Shown piece by piece: positions 20,001-28,780 of a DNA stretch of 64,000 nt. Source of the stretch: Alphaproteobacteria bacterium. Lineage in GTDB: Bacteria > Pseudomonadota > Alphaproteobacteria > Rs-D84. The stretch covers positions 27,113 through 91,112 of the forward strand of contig JAFTPS010000003.1 of the NCBI GenBank assembly GCA_017463185.1. Reading direction: 5' to 3'. Numbering within the stretch: the first letter of the stretch is position 1; the number at the start of each line of letters is the position of its first letter. The notes under the pieces are model-generated. The model was not told the origin of the DNA, made no database searches, and was given only the letters and a program-made list of their open reading frames with translations. A program made the translations under genes and the position numbers.

Positions 20001-23000
20001 ACGAGAGTGGTAAGCCGGTAAAGGCATGGACCACGGCGGCAAATGGCACATTGTATGCGCGTTGGGAATTGGGTGTATTTCCATGCACCGCGGGCAAAGC
20101 AGCCGACGGAACAACATGTACGCCGGGATATTACTGTCCGGGTGGAGATGTGACCGCGGGCAATGAATCCAGCGAAACCGCAGGATGTGAAATCAAATGT
20201 CCAAGTGCATCGGGCAAAACGATTAGTTCTGTTTCCGGCGCGACACTGAAAACCCAGTGTACAGCCGCGGGGGATGTAGATATTACAAATGAATCCACGA
20301 CAGTTGTGTCGGGGCGTGGTACCGAAACATGTAGTTGGAACGAAAGTACGGACTCATATTCACTCTCTTGCAATATCGTGCCGACATACTGCCAGGGTGG
20401 ATATTACAGACCGGCTGCGAACTCGCCATTCTGTAATGAGGTTGGCTATGGCTATTATCGTGGCGATAGCGAAGCCGTGACAACACGCAATGCGTGTTCG
20501 GCCCTGTCGGGTGCGTCGGGCGCGACAACATCAACCACGACATCCAGTGCGGCAACAGCATGTTTTAATATGTGTTTGCAGACGGTGACCACAGATGGCA
20601 ACGGGGTATTAAATCCGGTCAATGAAAACGAATTTTATAATGCAACGACCAAGACTATTGCGGCCTGCTCTTATACACTAAGTTGTAATACTGGGTATCG
20701 GGCGGCAAGTGATACAACATGCGAACCAGATGTTTTTGCGATTACACTGGACCACAATGGTGGCACGGGCAGCGTGAATACAATATATCTGAAATATAAC
20801 ACCGGATGGTATTCGGACAGCAATGCCACCAGCAAAATTACCAAGGTCACTTTGCCGACCCTGGCGGGCCAGACATGTTCGGGATATTTAAGTGGCAGCA
20901 CCGTTGTGATTGGTTCTACGGGTAATTTGACAACGAATTACACATTATTCTCGGACGACGCCACAATTAAAGCATCGTATGCCGATAATCCGTCAATCTC
21001 ATGTGCGGCGGGAACATATTATGCCGGTACGGGGACATCATGTACCAACTGTCCGGCGGGCAGTTATTGCGCGGGTGTTGAGGCAATTCAAGACACCGGT
21101 ACGGCCAGTGGTATTGCGACCTGTGAGGCGTTGAATGGCACATATACGGCCGCTGTGGATAAAAATGGTAATAAATTGACGGTGATGATTAGTTCGGCGA
21201 CAAAATCCGATGCGGCGGCGGACTGTTATGCGACAAATGTTGCCTATGCACCCGACCAATACACAGCGGGCAGTCAGACTTGTCAGTATGACGCAGGTAC
21301 TAAATCATATACCGCAAATTGCAGTGCGAAAACCGTTATTACCTGTGCGGGTGGTTATGCCCTGGCCAGCGGAACCGCCACAGTTTGCACGATTGTTGAT
21401 TTGGGATATTACAGCCCGGATAAAGAAACCTCTGCAACACGGTGTCCAGAAAATTCGGATACGGGTACACGCGGCACAACCCAGGAAAAGGGGCGCACCA
21501 GTGCCGAGGCCTGTATAATGGATGACCTGTGGTATGAAAATGATACCAGCGGTCAAAGACGGCAGTGTTTTTATTCGGCCGAGTCGGGCAAATATGACCG
21601 AAACTGTCCACAATCAACGATTGTGACCTGTATCGCGGGGTATTATTACGATGGTGTACAAACTGACAATTGCGTGCCGGTTGGGAATGGGTATTGGAGT
21701 CCGGCTCAATCCGAATGCTCGGGCGAATCCGCGCAGCCAACCGTTGCAGGTTGCTCAACCGAACGCAATTATTGTGGCACAGGTATAGATACCAAGGATG
21801 CCGACGGTAATATCACAAATACCGCGTCCAGCATCACATATTGCGTGGGCCTGTGCGAGGCGGGATATTACTGCGTCCCCGGCGAAGATGCACAAAAATG
21901 CCCCGCCGACTATCCAGACTCTCAGCCCGGCGCAACCAGTATTGATGAGTGTTATGTGGAAGCATCATGTTCGTGTATAGAAGATTCTTCTGTGTGTCCA
22001 GATAATGCTAATAGATGCACATATCGGACTTCTACTGTGACGGGGGTTTATTATTATGCAGACCCAGCCACTTGTGTCGCTAATCCAGAAGACCCAGAAA
22101 GCTCATATTGTCAGATTAACTCTTCATACTGCGCCGATGATTTTTATAGTAGATATTATACTATAACGGGTGAAGAGGTGTCTCGCAGTGAAACGAGTCG
22201 TTTTAGTTCAACCTGTGATAGTTGTTCAACGGTTTCTGCAGATTATCCATATGCATATTCTTATGAAAGCTATAAAGGTGTTAATGGGTGTTGGGCTTAC
22301 TGCGACTTTTACTGTGACGACCCAATTTGTCCACTAGACTCTGAAGGATATTGCGAATATGATAAATATATCATTTCCAAAGAAGGTAAGCTGTATTATC
22401 CGGGCGATGGTGAATGTACCGCGGCTTCCTCTTTGCAAGCAACTTGTTCCGTTACGAAAATTGGCTGTAATACAGGATATGAGTTTAATCCGAATGCCGC
22501 TGATTCAGATAGTATGTGCGAGTTGATTGTTGCTAAGGTCACGTTGAAAGTAAATGGTGGGGATGGGACAGATTCTGTGGTGTACCAGAAGTATGCAACA
22601 GGATGGTATTCAGATGAAGACGCGACAAGTTCTGTTTCCAGGCTTACAACACCAACGCGCACAAACTATTCGTTCTTGGGTTATTCCGCGGACGAAGAAG
22701 GAACAAATATTGTCCTGGCGGCGGATGGCATTTTGCCAGAGCCAGAATTGTTCACAGCCGATACGACATTGTATGCACAGTGGTCGCAGAATCTGGTAAC
22801 CTGTGAAGCGGGCAAGTACTATGATAGTGGCGTGCTGACCGAGTGTGTTGCACCATATTACTGCCCAGGTGAAGGAAATGTGGTTGTTGGTGGTACAGGC
22901 TGCCGTGAAACATGTCCAAATGGCGGGACCATTGATGAAGATGGCGCATCCAGCATCAACAGATGCCACAAGATTATCACGGATTCGTCAAAGAATTTCC

Positions 23001-26000
23001 CGAATGGTACGGCGCAATGGGATTGCTATTACACCAGCGGGACCGGCGATAATGCCCTGTACAGTACAAGTTGCACGGTTGTACCAAGAACCTGTAATCC
23101 TGGGTACTATCACGAGGGTAATAATGCTGTCGGATGTACAGTTGTGGAAGATAAATATTACAGTCCCGCCAATAAGTTGGACAAATATCTGTGTGAAGGT
23201 GGTGACGGGTCGGTACTGCCACGTGATAGCCAGGAAAATTGCTATGTATCCTGTGATTTGACCGCGGCGGATGTGCCACACAGCAAAACCGTGACACCCG
23301 ACAGCGAACAGGCCATGTATTCTGGTAGTGCATATGAAACATGTACATATACATTGACCTGTGACCCAGGATATACTGCGGTACCGGGTGCAAATCCACA
23401 ATGTAAGGCAAATGAATATACAATTACATTGGATAAAAACAAGGGCACGGGCAATATTGCGGACAGTGTACAATGCACATTTGACAGTGGGGCATGCGCC
23501 CTGCCCGCGACAAGTTCGCTGGTACGACCGGGATACAATGTAATTGCCAAGTGGTGTAAAAAGGACGACGGCACCGGTGATTGCTATGGCGCGGGGAACA
23601 CGATTACGGACAACATATCGGCAACGGGTACGGATGTGACGCTGTATGCGGTATGGCAACCGGCAGTATTCAAAATCATACTGAGTGCATCGGATGCAAC
23701 GGCAAATGGCGCACAGGGACCAGTGTATCTGAAATATGCAACGGGTTGGTATTCCGATGAATCGGCAAACACCCCGATAACCAGTTTGGGTACAAACCTG
23801 CCCCAAAAGACGGGATATGAATTTGCGGGCTATAAACTGGGCGACATTAGTATCATTGACGCAAATGGCGCATTGCAGACGAATGAAAATGCATTGAGCG
23901 CAACAACAGTGGATGCAACCGCAACGGCGGTGTGGTCGGCGGGCTTTACATCCTGTGCGGCGGGGACATACTATTCCGGAAATGGCAGTGTATGTTTGAC
24001 CTGTACGGAAAATAACTGGTGCCCAGGTGGCGACAAATTCGCAACCGATTCCGGCACGCCGGATGGACTGAATGCGTGTCCGAATGGCGGTTTGTCGGCG
24101 GGTGGCGAAAGCGCAACCAATGTTGGCGTGTGTTATAAGGAACAGTTGCCTTATACATCGGCCAGCACACACGCGACGGGAACCCAGACATGCTATTATG
24201 GTACAGATGATTATAATGCAAACTGTAAAGACATTGTGGTCACGGCATGTGGGGCGGGATACTATTATGTGTCAGGAACCGATTGCTCAGAGGTTGACGT
24301 AGACCATTATAGTGGCGCGGACGATATGAAACGCTATGCGTGTCCAAACGGTGGTGGCACGGGCAGTCTGACAACGGCCAGCGTGATAACTGAATGCTTT
24401 AAGACGGTTGACTTTACATCCGCGTCGGGCAATGGTACTGGAACCCAGGTATGTACATATACCAGTGGCGAAGGTGCGGATGCCAGATACGCAACCGAAT
24501 GTCGCGAACAGTATGTCAGTCATTGTAAGGGCGGTTATTACAAGACAACCGATGATGCGATTGACTGCGACAAGGTGGGCAAGAATAATTACAGCCCAGA
24601 GGGATCTGTAGCACGTGAGAAATGTCCAGATGGCGGGTTGACCGAATCCGAAACAGCGAATGCACCGACATTCTGTTATAAAACGGATACGCCGTATTCC
24701 AGCGAACACGGTCGGGGTATTCAGTTGTGTTATTACAACGCGGAAACAACCGTGTATGATACCGGGTGCAGCACAATCATAATGCATGAATGCGACGCAG
24801 GGTATTATTGGAAAAATGGCGACAAAGACTGTGAACCAGTTGACTATGGATTCTATGGACCAGTTGCAGATGTAAATAACAGCAACCGTCCAACCACACG
24901 CGATATGTGTCCGGATAACGGACTGACCAAAACAGACACCAGTGCGGATATATCAGAATGCTATCGCACGGATGTGGAATGCACGGTCAACAATGGTGTG
25001 GGTGAAGCGACCTGTAATTATGACGCGGATGCGGGCGCATATTCTGCGGAATGCGGCACATGTGCGGTGACGGGTTGTGGTGAAGGCTATTATTCAACCG
25101 ACGGCACAAACTGTGTTGAATGCCCAGCGGGCAGTATCTGCGACGGTAGCGATGACGATGGCGATGGAATCCCAGATGCCAAGACTTGTGCAAGCCTGAC
25201 CGGTGGTACGCATACCAAGTCTGACAGCGGTATAAGCGATGTAAACTATTGCTATACAGACTGTCCGATTGTTGAGAATGCAAACAGTGTGACGGGACGC
25301 GATTACTATGGCGCGACGGACACTTGCAAGATCAATTCCTGCCGGCCGGGGTATAAGTTGCAGAATTTCCAGTGTGTGGCGTGTGCCGAGGGCGAAATTT
25401 GCGATGGCTCGGTCAAAGACGAAGACGGCGACGGGAACCAGGACGAAGAACCTAAGACCTGTGCCGAATTGACCGGCGGCACGCACACAATGTCAGACGC
25501 AAAATCGGATAGCATAAACGACTGTTATCATATGTGCGAGGCATATGAACTGGATGGTGGCGAGGCCGTGCCAGTCAGTGAACGCGCCCAGTATCCAGAT
25601 GACTGCGAATTTGAAGGCATATCCGATACCGGAAATCCGTGCGATATTGTTGATGGACGCTGCGTTGAAACATCGTGCAATTCAAATTTTGAATTGATAA
25701 ACGGGTCGTGCAAGCCATGTAATCGTGAACACGCAATTACATATAAGCCAACGGGGAACTGTGTTGTGGAATCTTGCGCGACGGGGTATCATCCGAATGG
25801 CCAGGCCTGTGAAGATGATGTTGTGTCGTGCAGTGCACCGAATGCAATATCCGCGACGCGGGTATGGAATACCAAAAAGAACGCGTTTGGCGAATGTATT
25901 ATCACCGAATGCGACGACGGTTATCATTTGGCGGCAAATGCATGCCAGGCCGACGAACAACCGTGCGAGGTTGAACATGGTACCGGTATGCGCGAATGGA

Positions 26001-26326
26001 ACCATAAAACAAATACCTGGGGGGCGTGCATTGCCACCAGTTGCGAACCGGGATATACCAGCGACCGTTCTTTGACCAATGAACTGTCCAAACAGTGCGG
26101 ACGCTGCAACAATATGTACAGCGCGTTGGGAGAACTGGCCGCCAGCAGTTATGTAAGCGAATGTGAAATCGCATCGTGTATGTATCAGGGTGAAAAGTAC
26201 ACATTGGAAAACAATGAATGTATTCTGATATGTGATACGCGCAGCGATGAAACTGGCAGCCAAAAATGGAACGCATCGCGTGGCAAGTGTGAACGAACCT
26301 GTGCGGATGGGTATATTGAGTGGTAA
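17027..26326 (+). CDS. giant secreted surface/adhesin-like protein (3099 aa): signal peptide, Listeria-Bacteroides (Flg_new) repeats, ephrin-receptor/GCC2-like Cys modules, EGF-like Cys-rich C-terminus
   Basis: Signal peptide MEKKRSFLGFLASLFLVFFTANAFA; >10 repeats of ..GYTFxGWNTxxDGTGTxYxxGxxV..LYAxW; recurring CxAGxYYxGxGxxCxxCPxGxYCxG modules; DGDG Ca-binding-like stretches; RBS agagaggaag; terminator follows. Confidence 0.8.
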   Translation: MEKKRSFLGFLASLFLVFFTANAFAAGYSCPTYKLYTSCSENYFLADTDVSDSATSAGNACSACPGNSTNTVSTATSCTCKTGYSVGGATTTTGTACSANTYTVTYNSNKPSGASGTISGSTANSTHTYGTAKALTTNGYSLTGWTFAGWNTKADGTGTSYANGASVTNLTSTYNGTVTLYAKWTVNTLTINYNTSSATSGTPSVSQQTCSYDGACTAATQGTMVKTKMVFLGWTKTSGGTTVDYAADASIKNIISSGSITLYAVWKTPTCSATKGTATLKSVTNNTPVCTITCSTGYTQGGGTNATGTFEVNGSAGATSASGTCKAITFTVAYTKDPSSATGTVPSNQTCTYDGTCTAATNPFSHTGYMFNKWSCTASSGSCAASTYASGDSLKNATSVAGATITLKSTWDANTITLNWANGGHGTAPTSPASCKYDSTFTMPAAMTATGYTFNKWSVNGKTFNAGTTGVACTSANLGVSSGAVTITGTWTANNYSISLDNASATNNGTATIYTTYKTNVYLDDARSKAMTASANAITEPTRAYTVTYDGNGGSVSATSATATYTFNGYYNTSSNGTQYINSNGNITSDGLNAAKDVDDNTTTWYAQWTSKSVTLPTPTRTGYTFKGWAESSTATGGDTGSYTPTKNVTLYAIWSQNTYAVAYSCGDGAGTAPSSTTATYDNSFTPAANTCTRSGYNFAGWTVSGTSDTKTAGSAFTWTYTEGKTFTAKWTAEGEAEINYVTNGGTINGSYMAACNVETATFSLPTDVTKPGYTFNGWYTASTGGTKVTSVVKGTCTSALTYYAQWTACDSTTAGACNCTSSQYPDNGTCTNCSHSCASVTGYTLGTYNVCEAETDLWCYRNCTTTDIPNSTGVSGIVTKGGKILCAATTCADDFYISGSGCQSCPENATCGGEAEWSCDEGYKKTANGLGCEPNTYTVTLNANGGTGGTASVTATYNSLLQTATMPERDNYNFLGYYDTDATTGGNQYYDESGKPVKAWTTAANGTLYARWELGVFPCTAGKAADGTTCTPGYYCPGGDVTAGNESSETAGCEIKCPSASGKTISSVSGATLKTQCTAAGDVDITNESTTVVSGRGTETCSWNESTDSYSLSCNIVPTYCQGGYYRPAANSPFCNEVGYGYYRGDSEAVTTRNACSALSGASGATTSTTTSSAATACFNMCLQTVTTDGNGVLNPVNENEFYNATTKTIAACSYTLSCNTGYRAASDTTCEPDVFAITLDHNGGTGSVNTIYLKYNTGWYSDSNATSKITKVTLPTLAGQTCSGYLSGSTVVIGSTGNLTTNYTLFSDDATIKASYADNPSISCAAGTYYAGTGTSCTNCPAGSYCAGVEAIQDTGTASGIATCEALNGTYTAAVDKNGNKLTVMISSATKSDAAADCYATNVAYAPDQYTAGSQTCQYDAGTKSYTANCSAKTVITCAGGYALASGTATVCTIVDLGYYSPDKETSATRCPENSDTGTRGTTQEKGRTSAEACIMDDLWYENDTSGQRRQCFYSAESGKYDRNCPQSTIVTCIAGYYYDGVQTDNCVPVGNGYWSPAQSECSGESAQPTVAGCSTERNYCGTGIDTKDADGNITNTASSITYCVGLCEAGYYCVPGEDAQKCPADYPDSQPGATSIDECYVEASCSCIEDSSVCPDNANRCTYRTSTVTGVYYYADPATCVANPEDPESSYCQINSSYCADDFYSRYYTITGEEVSRSETSRFSSTCDSCSTVSADYPYAYSYESYKGVNGCWAYCDFYCDDPICPLDSEGYCEYDKYIISKEGKLYYPGDGECTAASSLQATCSVTKIGCNTGYEFNPNAADSDSMCELIVAKVTLKVNGGDGTDSVVYQKYATGWYSDEDATSSVSRLTTPTRTNYSFLGYSADEEGTNIVLAADGILPEPELFTADTTLYAQWSQNLVTCEAGKYYDSGVLTECVAPYYCPGEGNVVVGGTGCRETCPNGGTIDEDGASSINRCHKIITDSSKNFPNGTAQWDCYYTSGTGDNALYSTSCTVVPRTCNPGYYHEGNNAVGCTVVEDKYYSPANKLDKYLCEGGDGSVLPRDSQENCYVSCDLTAADVPHSKTVTPDSEQAMYSGSAYETCTYTLTCDPGYTAVPGANPQCKANEYTITLDKNKGTGNIADSVQCTFDSGACALPATSSLVRPGYNVIAKWCKKDDGTGDCYGAGNTITDNISATGTDVTLYAVWQPAVFKIILSASDATANGAQGPVYLKYATGWYSDESANTPITSLGTNLPQKTGYEFAGYKLGDISIIDANGALQTNENALSATTVDATATAVWSAGFTSCAAGTYYSGNGSVCLTCTENNWCPGGDKFATDSGTPDGLNACPNGGLSAGGESATNVGVCYKEQLPYTSASTHATGTQTCYYGTDDYNANCKDIVVTACGAGYYYVSGTDCSEVDVDHYSGADDMKRYACPNGGGTGSLTTASVITECFKTVDFTSASGNGTGTQVCTYTSGEGADARYATECREQYVSHCKGGYYKTTDDAIDCDKVGKNNYSPEGSVAREKCPDGGLTESETANAPTFCYKTDTPYSSEHGRGIQLCYYNAETTVYDTGCSTIIMHECDAGYYWKNGDKDCEPVDYGFYGPVADVNNSNRPTTRDMCPDNGLTKTDTSADISECYRTDVECTVNNGVGEATCNYDADAGAYSAECGTCAVTGCGEGYYSTDGTNCVECPAGSICDGSDDDGDGIPDAKTCASLTGGTHTKSDSGISDVNYCYTDCPIVENANSVTGRDYYGATDTCKINSCRPGYKLQNFQCVACAEGEICDGSVKDEDGDGNQDEEPKTCAELTGGTHTMSDAKSDSINDCYHMCEAYELDGGEAVPVSERAQYPDDCEFEGISDTGNPCDIVDGRCVETSCNSNFELINGSCKPCNREHAITYKPTGNCVVESCATGYHPNGQACEDDVVSCSAPNAISATRVWNTKKNAFGECIITECDDGYHLAANACQADEQPCEVEHGTGMREWNHKTNTWGACIATSCEPGYTSDRSLTNELSKQCGRCNNMYSALGELAASSYVSECEIASCMYQGEKYTLENNECILICDTRSDETGSQKWNASRGKCERTCADGYIEW

Positions 26327-26354
26327 AAAAATCCCGCCAATGGCGGGATTTTTA
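26327..26354 (+). terminator. intrinsic terminator of giant gene
   Basis: aaaaaatcccgccaatggcgggattttt. Confidence 0.7.
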
Positions 26355-26502
26355 TCGTCATTCGTCACTCGTCATTCGTATCTTTGTCATTGCGAGCGAA
26401 TGCGCCTGCCACACGAAGCTTTAGCGTAGTGTGGTGGCAATCCAGTAAATAGAATCATTATTATTTATAATTTTTCGTCAGAAAAATTGTCATTCCTGCG
26501 TA

Positions 26503-26547
26503 GGCGGTAATGACAAAAACGCAATGCGTTTTTGTAAAAAAAACACC
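26503..26547. repeat. dispersed hairpin-containing repeat (ggtaatgacaaaaaYgcaatgcRtttttgtaaaaaa), second copy 59682-59719
   Basis: Near-identical ~40-nt sequence at two intergenic sites, each adjacent to additional palindromes. Confidence 0.5.
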
Positions 26548-26583
26548 CCCTCCCGGGGGCGGGTAAAATCCGCATGGATGAGT

Positions 26584-27159
26584 TTAATTGCTATAATAGC
26601 AATTACTGGTGAATGTGTATGTGCCGGTAGTGTCGGACATAGATGAATTTGCCGGTATATAGCACGATGTGATGGCGGTACTGCCCGCGGCACTGGTGCC
26701 ATAAACGCCACCAGATGATGGGCAACGGGTACAGGTTGTGCCGTCACCATAATATCCCGCGCGACACTGATATTCACAGGCCGGAATTATCAGTTCATCG
26801 TTGCAACGTATTTGTTGCGTGTTTCCATAATCGGTCCAGGTGTTTTCTGGGCACAGATCTGGACAGGTTGGTGTTATTGGTTCTATTGGCGACAATGTTC
26901 TTGTACAGGTGCCGATTGTATAACTTTCGGTGCTGGATATAGTAATGGTTTCCGTGCTGCGGGTATAACCACTGGCACAGGTGTTGCAGTCCGTGTATGT
27001 GGCGGTGCCACAGTTGATAACGCGGTTAACATCACTGCATTCAGTTGTAGAGCCGCCGGTTGATTCAATAAAACACATGATTATGGTATCTAGGGCCCAT
27101 GCATTATGCGACAGACCAATCGCCCCCAAGACGATTGGGATAAAGATTTTTTGATTCAT
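26584..27159 (-). CDS. secreted cysteine-rich protein
   Basis: 191 aa, signal peptide MNQKIFIPIVLGAIGLSHNAWA, Cys/Thr-rich; RBS aggaga; preceded by conserved leader L2. Confidence 0.5.
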   Translation of the reverse strand: MNQKIFIPIVLGAIGLSHNAWALDTIIMCFIESTGGSTTECSDVNRVINCGTATYTDCNTCASGYTRSTETITISSTESYTIGTCTRTLSPIEPITPTCPDLCPENTWTDYGNTQQIRCNDELIIPACEYQCRAGYYGDGTTCTRCPSSGGVYGTSAAGSTAITSCYIPANSSMSDTTGTYTFTSNCYYSN

Positions 27160-27365
27160 TGTTTTCTATCTCCTGTTTTTTTATTTTTCAAATGAAAAAC
27201 CGCTGAAAAAAATTTTCAGGCGGTCAGGAGGTTAGTAACAATCTAACGAATTGCGTGCTTATTCAATATATTCGCAACCCTCCTGACCAGGGGTCAGGAG
27301 ATATTTCGTCGTAATAATAAAAAACAGCGCGTAAAGCGCGCCATAAGCATATATTCCGACGCGTT
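27160..27365 (-). promoter_or_regulatory. conserved structured 5' leader (copy L2) with terminator hairpin
   Basis: Sense strand: ctcctgacc-cct-ggtcaggagg / gttgcgaatatattgaataag... / aacctcctgacc / ccgcctgaaaatttttttcagcgg+ttttt, 35 nt before start codon; near-identical copy L3 and divergent covarying copy L1. Confidence 0.5.
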
Positions 27366-27477
27366 AGCAGAGGTTACTACGCCTCATCAACGGAATCCCC
27401 GTTGACGATATTAGTATATATAAAATCATAACGAGAAACAATAGATTTTTTGTATGCAAATGTGTAATATATAAAAT

Positions 27478-28635
27478 ATGAAAAATTATGATGTGATTAT
27501 TATTGGGGCGGGTGCAGCCGGGCTGAGTGCCGCGGGCACGGCGGTGGCACGTGGACGGCGGGTTGCGGTGCTGGAAATGGGTAATCAAATCGCACGCAAA
27601 GTTATGGTATCCGGTGGTGGGCGGTGCAATTTTACCAATATGGGTGCCACATACGATCGGTACTTTGGTAAAAATCGCGAATTTGTGCGGGGCGCACTAA
27701 GCCGCGTGTCACCACGCGATATTTTGAACTGGGTGGATGCACACGGCATAGAATCAACCGAAAAGTCCCCGGGACAATATTTTACCGCGGATGGTGCAAA
27801 AGGAATTGTTGAAGCTTTGCTGATGGATGCACGTGGCGCAGATATTATTACAAATTGTGTCGTACAAAGCGTGGAAAAATCCGATGATTTTTTTATAATT
27901 CGTACCACGCGTGGTGATTTTTGTTCGCAATCTGTTATTATCGCAACCGGCGGCACATCGTTCCCCAGCCTGGGGGTATCAGATGCAGGAATGCGATTTG
28001 CCAAACAATTTGGACATAAAATTGTCCCAGTTCGCCCCGCTTTGTGTTCATTGGTGGTGTCGGGCTTGCCAGCGACACTGGCGGGTGTGTCATTAAACGC
28101 AGAAATAAAAATTGGCAAAAGTATTGTATCGGATTCGCTTTTGTTCACACATTTTGGGATTGGCGGTCCGGCGGCATATCGTGCATCGCTGTACGATTTA
28201 TCGGGTGGAATTTATATCAATCTGATGCCAGGGGTGGATGTAGCGCAATGGTTGTGCGAACAAAAGCCCATCAATGGCCGTCGTACGGTGGCGAATATCC
28301 TGGGTGGTGCGTTACCCCAAAGTGTAGCTAAATGGATTGTGGGGATGGATTCGCGTCGCATTGCAGATATAAAGAATAATGAACTAAGTCAAATTGCGGG
28401 GCGGGTATCAGATATCTTTATCCCGGGTGATAAAATAAAATTACACGGTCTGGCCGCCGCAGAGGTGGTGCGTGGAGGCGTATCAACGCGCGATGTATCA
28501 TCCAAAACTATGGAATCAAAACTGTGTCCGGGTCTGTTCTTGGCGGGCGAGGTTCTGGACATAGTGGGTGACCTGGGCGGGTTTAATTTACATTGGGCGT
28601 GGGCCAGCGGACGTGTTGCAGGTGCAAACGCGTAA
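27478..28635 (+). CDS. HI0933-family NAD(FAD)-utilising flavoprotein
   Basis: MKNYDVIIIGAGAAGLSAA..VAVLEMGNQIARKVMVSGGGRCNFTN.. typical HI0933/YhiN family. Confidence 0.75.
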   Translation: MKNYDVIIIGAGAAGLSAAGTAVARGRRVAVLEMGNQIARKVMVSGGGRCNFTNMGATYDRYFGKNREFVRGALSRVSPRDILNWVDAHGIESTEKSPGQYFTADGAKGIVEALLMDARGADIITNCVVQSVEKSDDFFIIRTTRGDFCSQSVIIATGGTSFPSLGVSDAGMRFAKQFGHKIVPVRPALCSLVVSGLPATLAGVSLNAEIKIGKSIVSDSLLFTHFGIGGPAAYRASLYDLSGGIYINLMPGVDVAQWLCEQKPINGRRTVANILGGALPQSVAKWIVGMDSRRIADIKNNELSQIAGRVSDIFIPGDKIKLHGLAAAEVVRGGVSTRDVSSKTMESKLCPGLFLAGEVLDIVGDLGGFNLHWAWASGRVAGANA

Positions 28636-28663
28636 AAAAATCATCCCAGTGGGATGATTTTAA
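28634..28663 (+). terminator. intrinsic terminator
   Basis: aaaaaaatcatcccagtgggatgatttta. Confidence 0.6.
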
Positions 28664-28780
28664 AGAACAAATAGCAAAGGCAGAGAGCAGAAATTCGGCT
28701 TATTTATTGGGGTTTTATACCTATGTATTTATAAAAATTCCTTAGGTATCATTGTGGACGATACAAAAAGGGATTTACAT

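Noticed and set aside
17091-26276. Dozens of 60-400-aa ORFs on both strands inside the giant gene (e.g. 17864-18763, 19076-19534, 22988-24172, 25682-26368)
   Set aside because: They lie entirely within and opposite or out-of-frame to a coherent 3099-aa ORF with clear protein repeats. Their Arg/Cys/His-rich composition is typical of spurious frames of GC-rich repetitive coding DNA.
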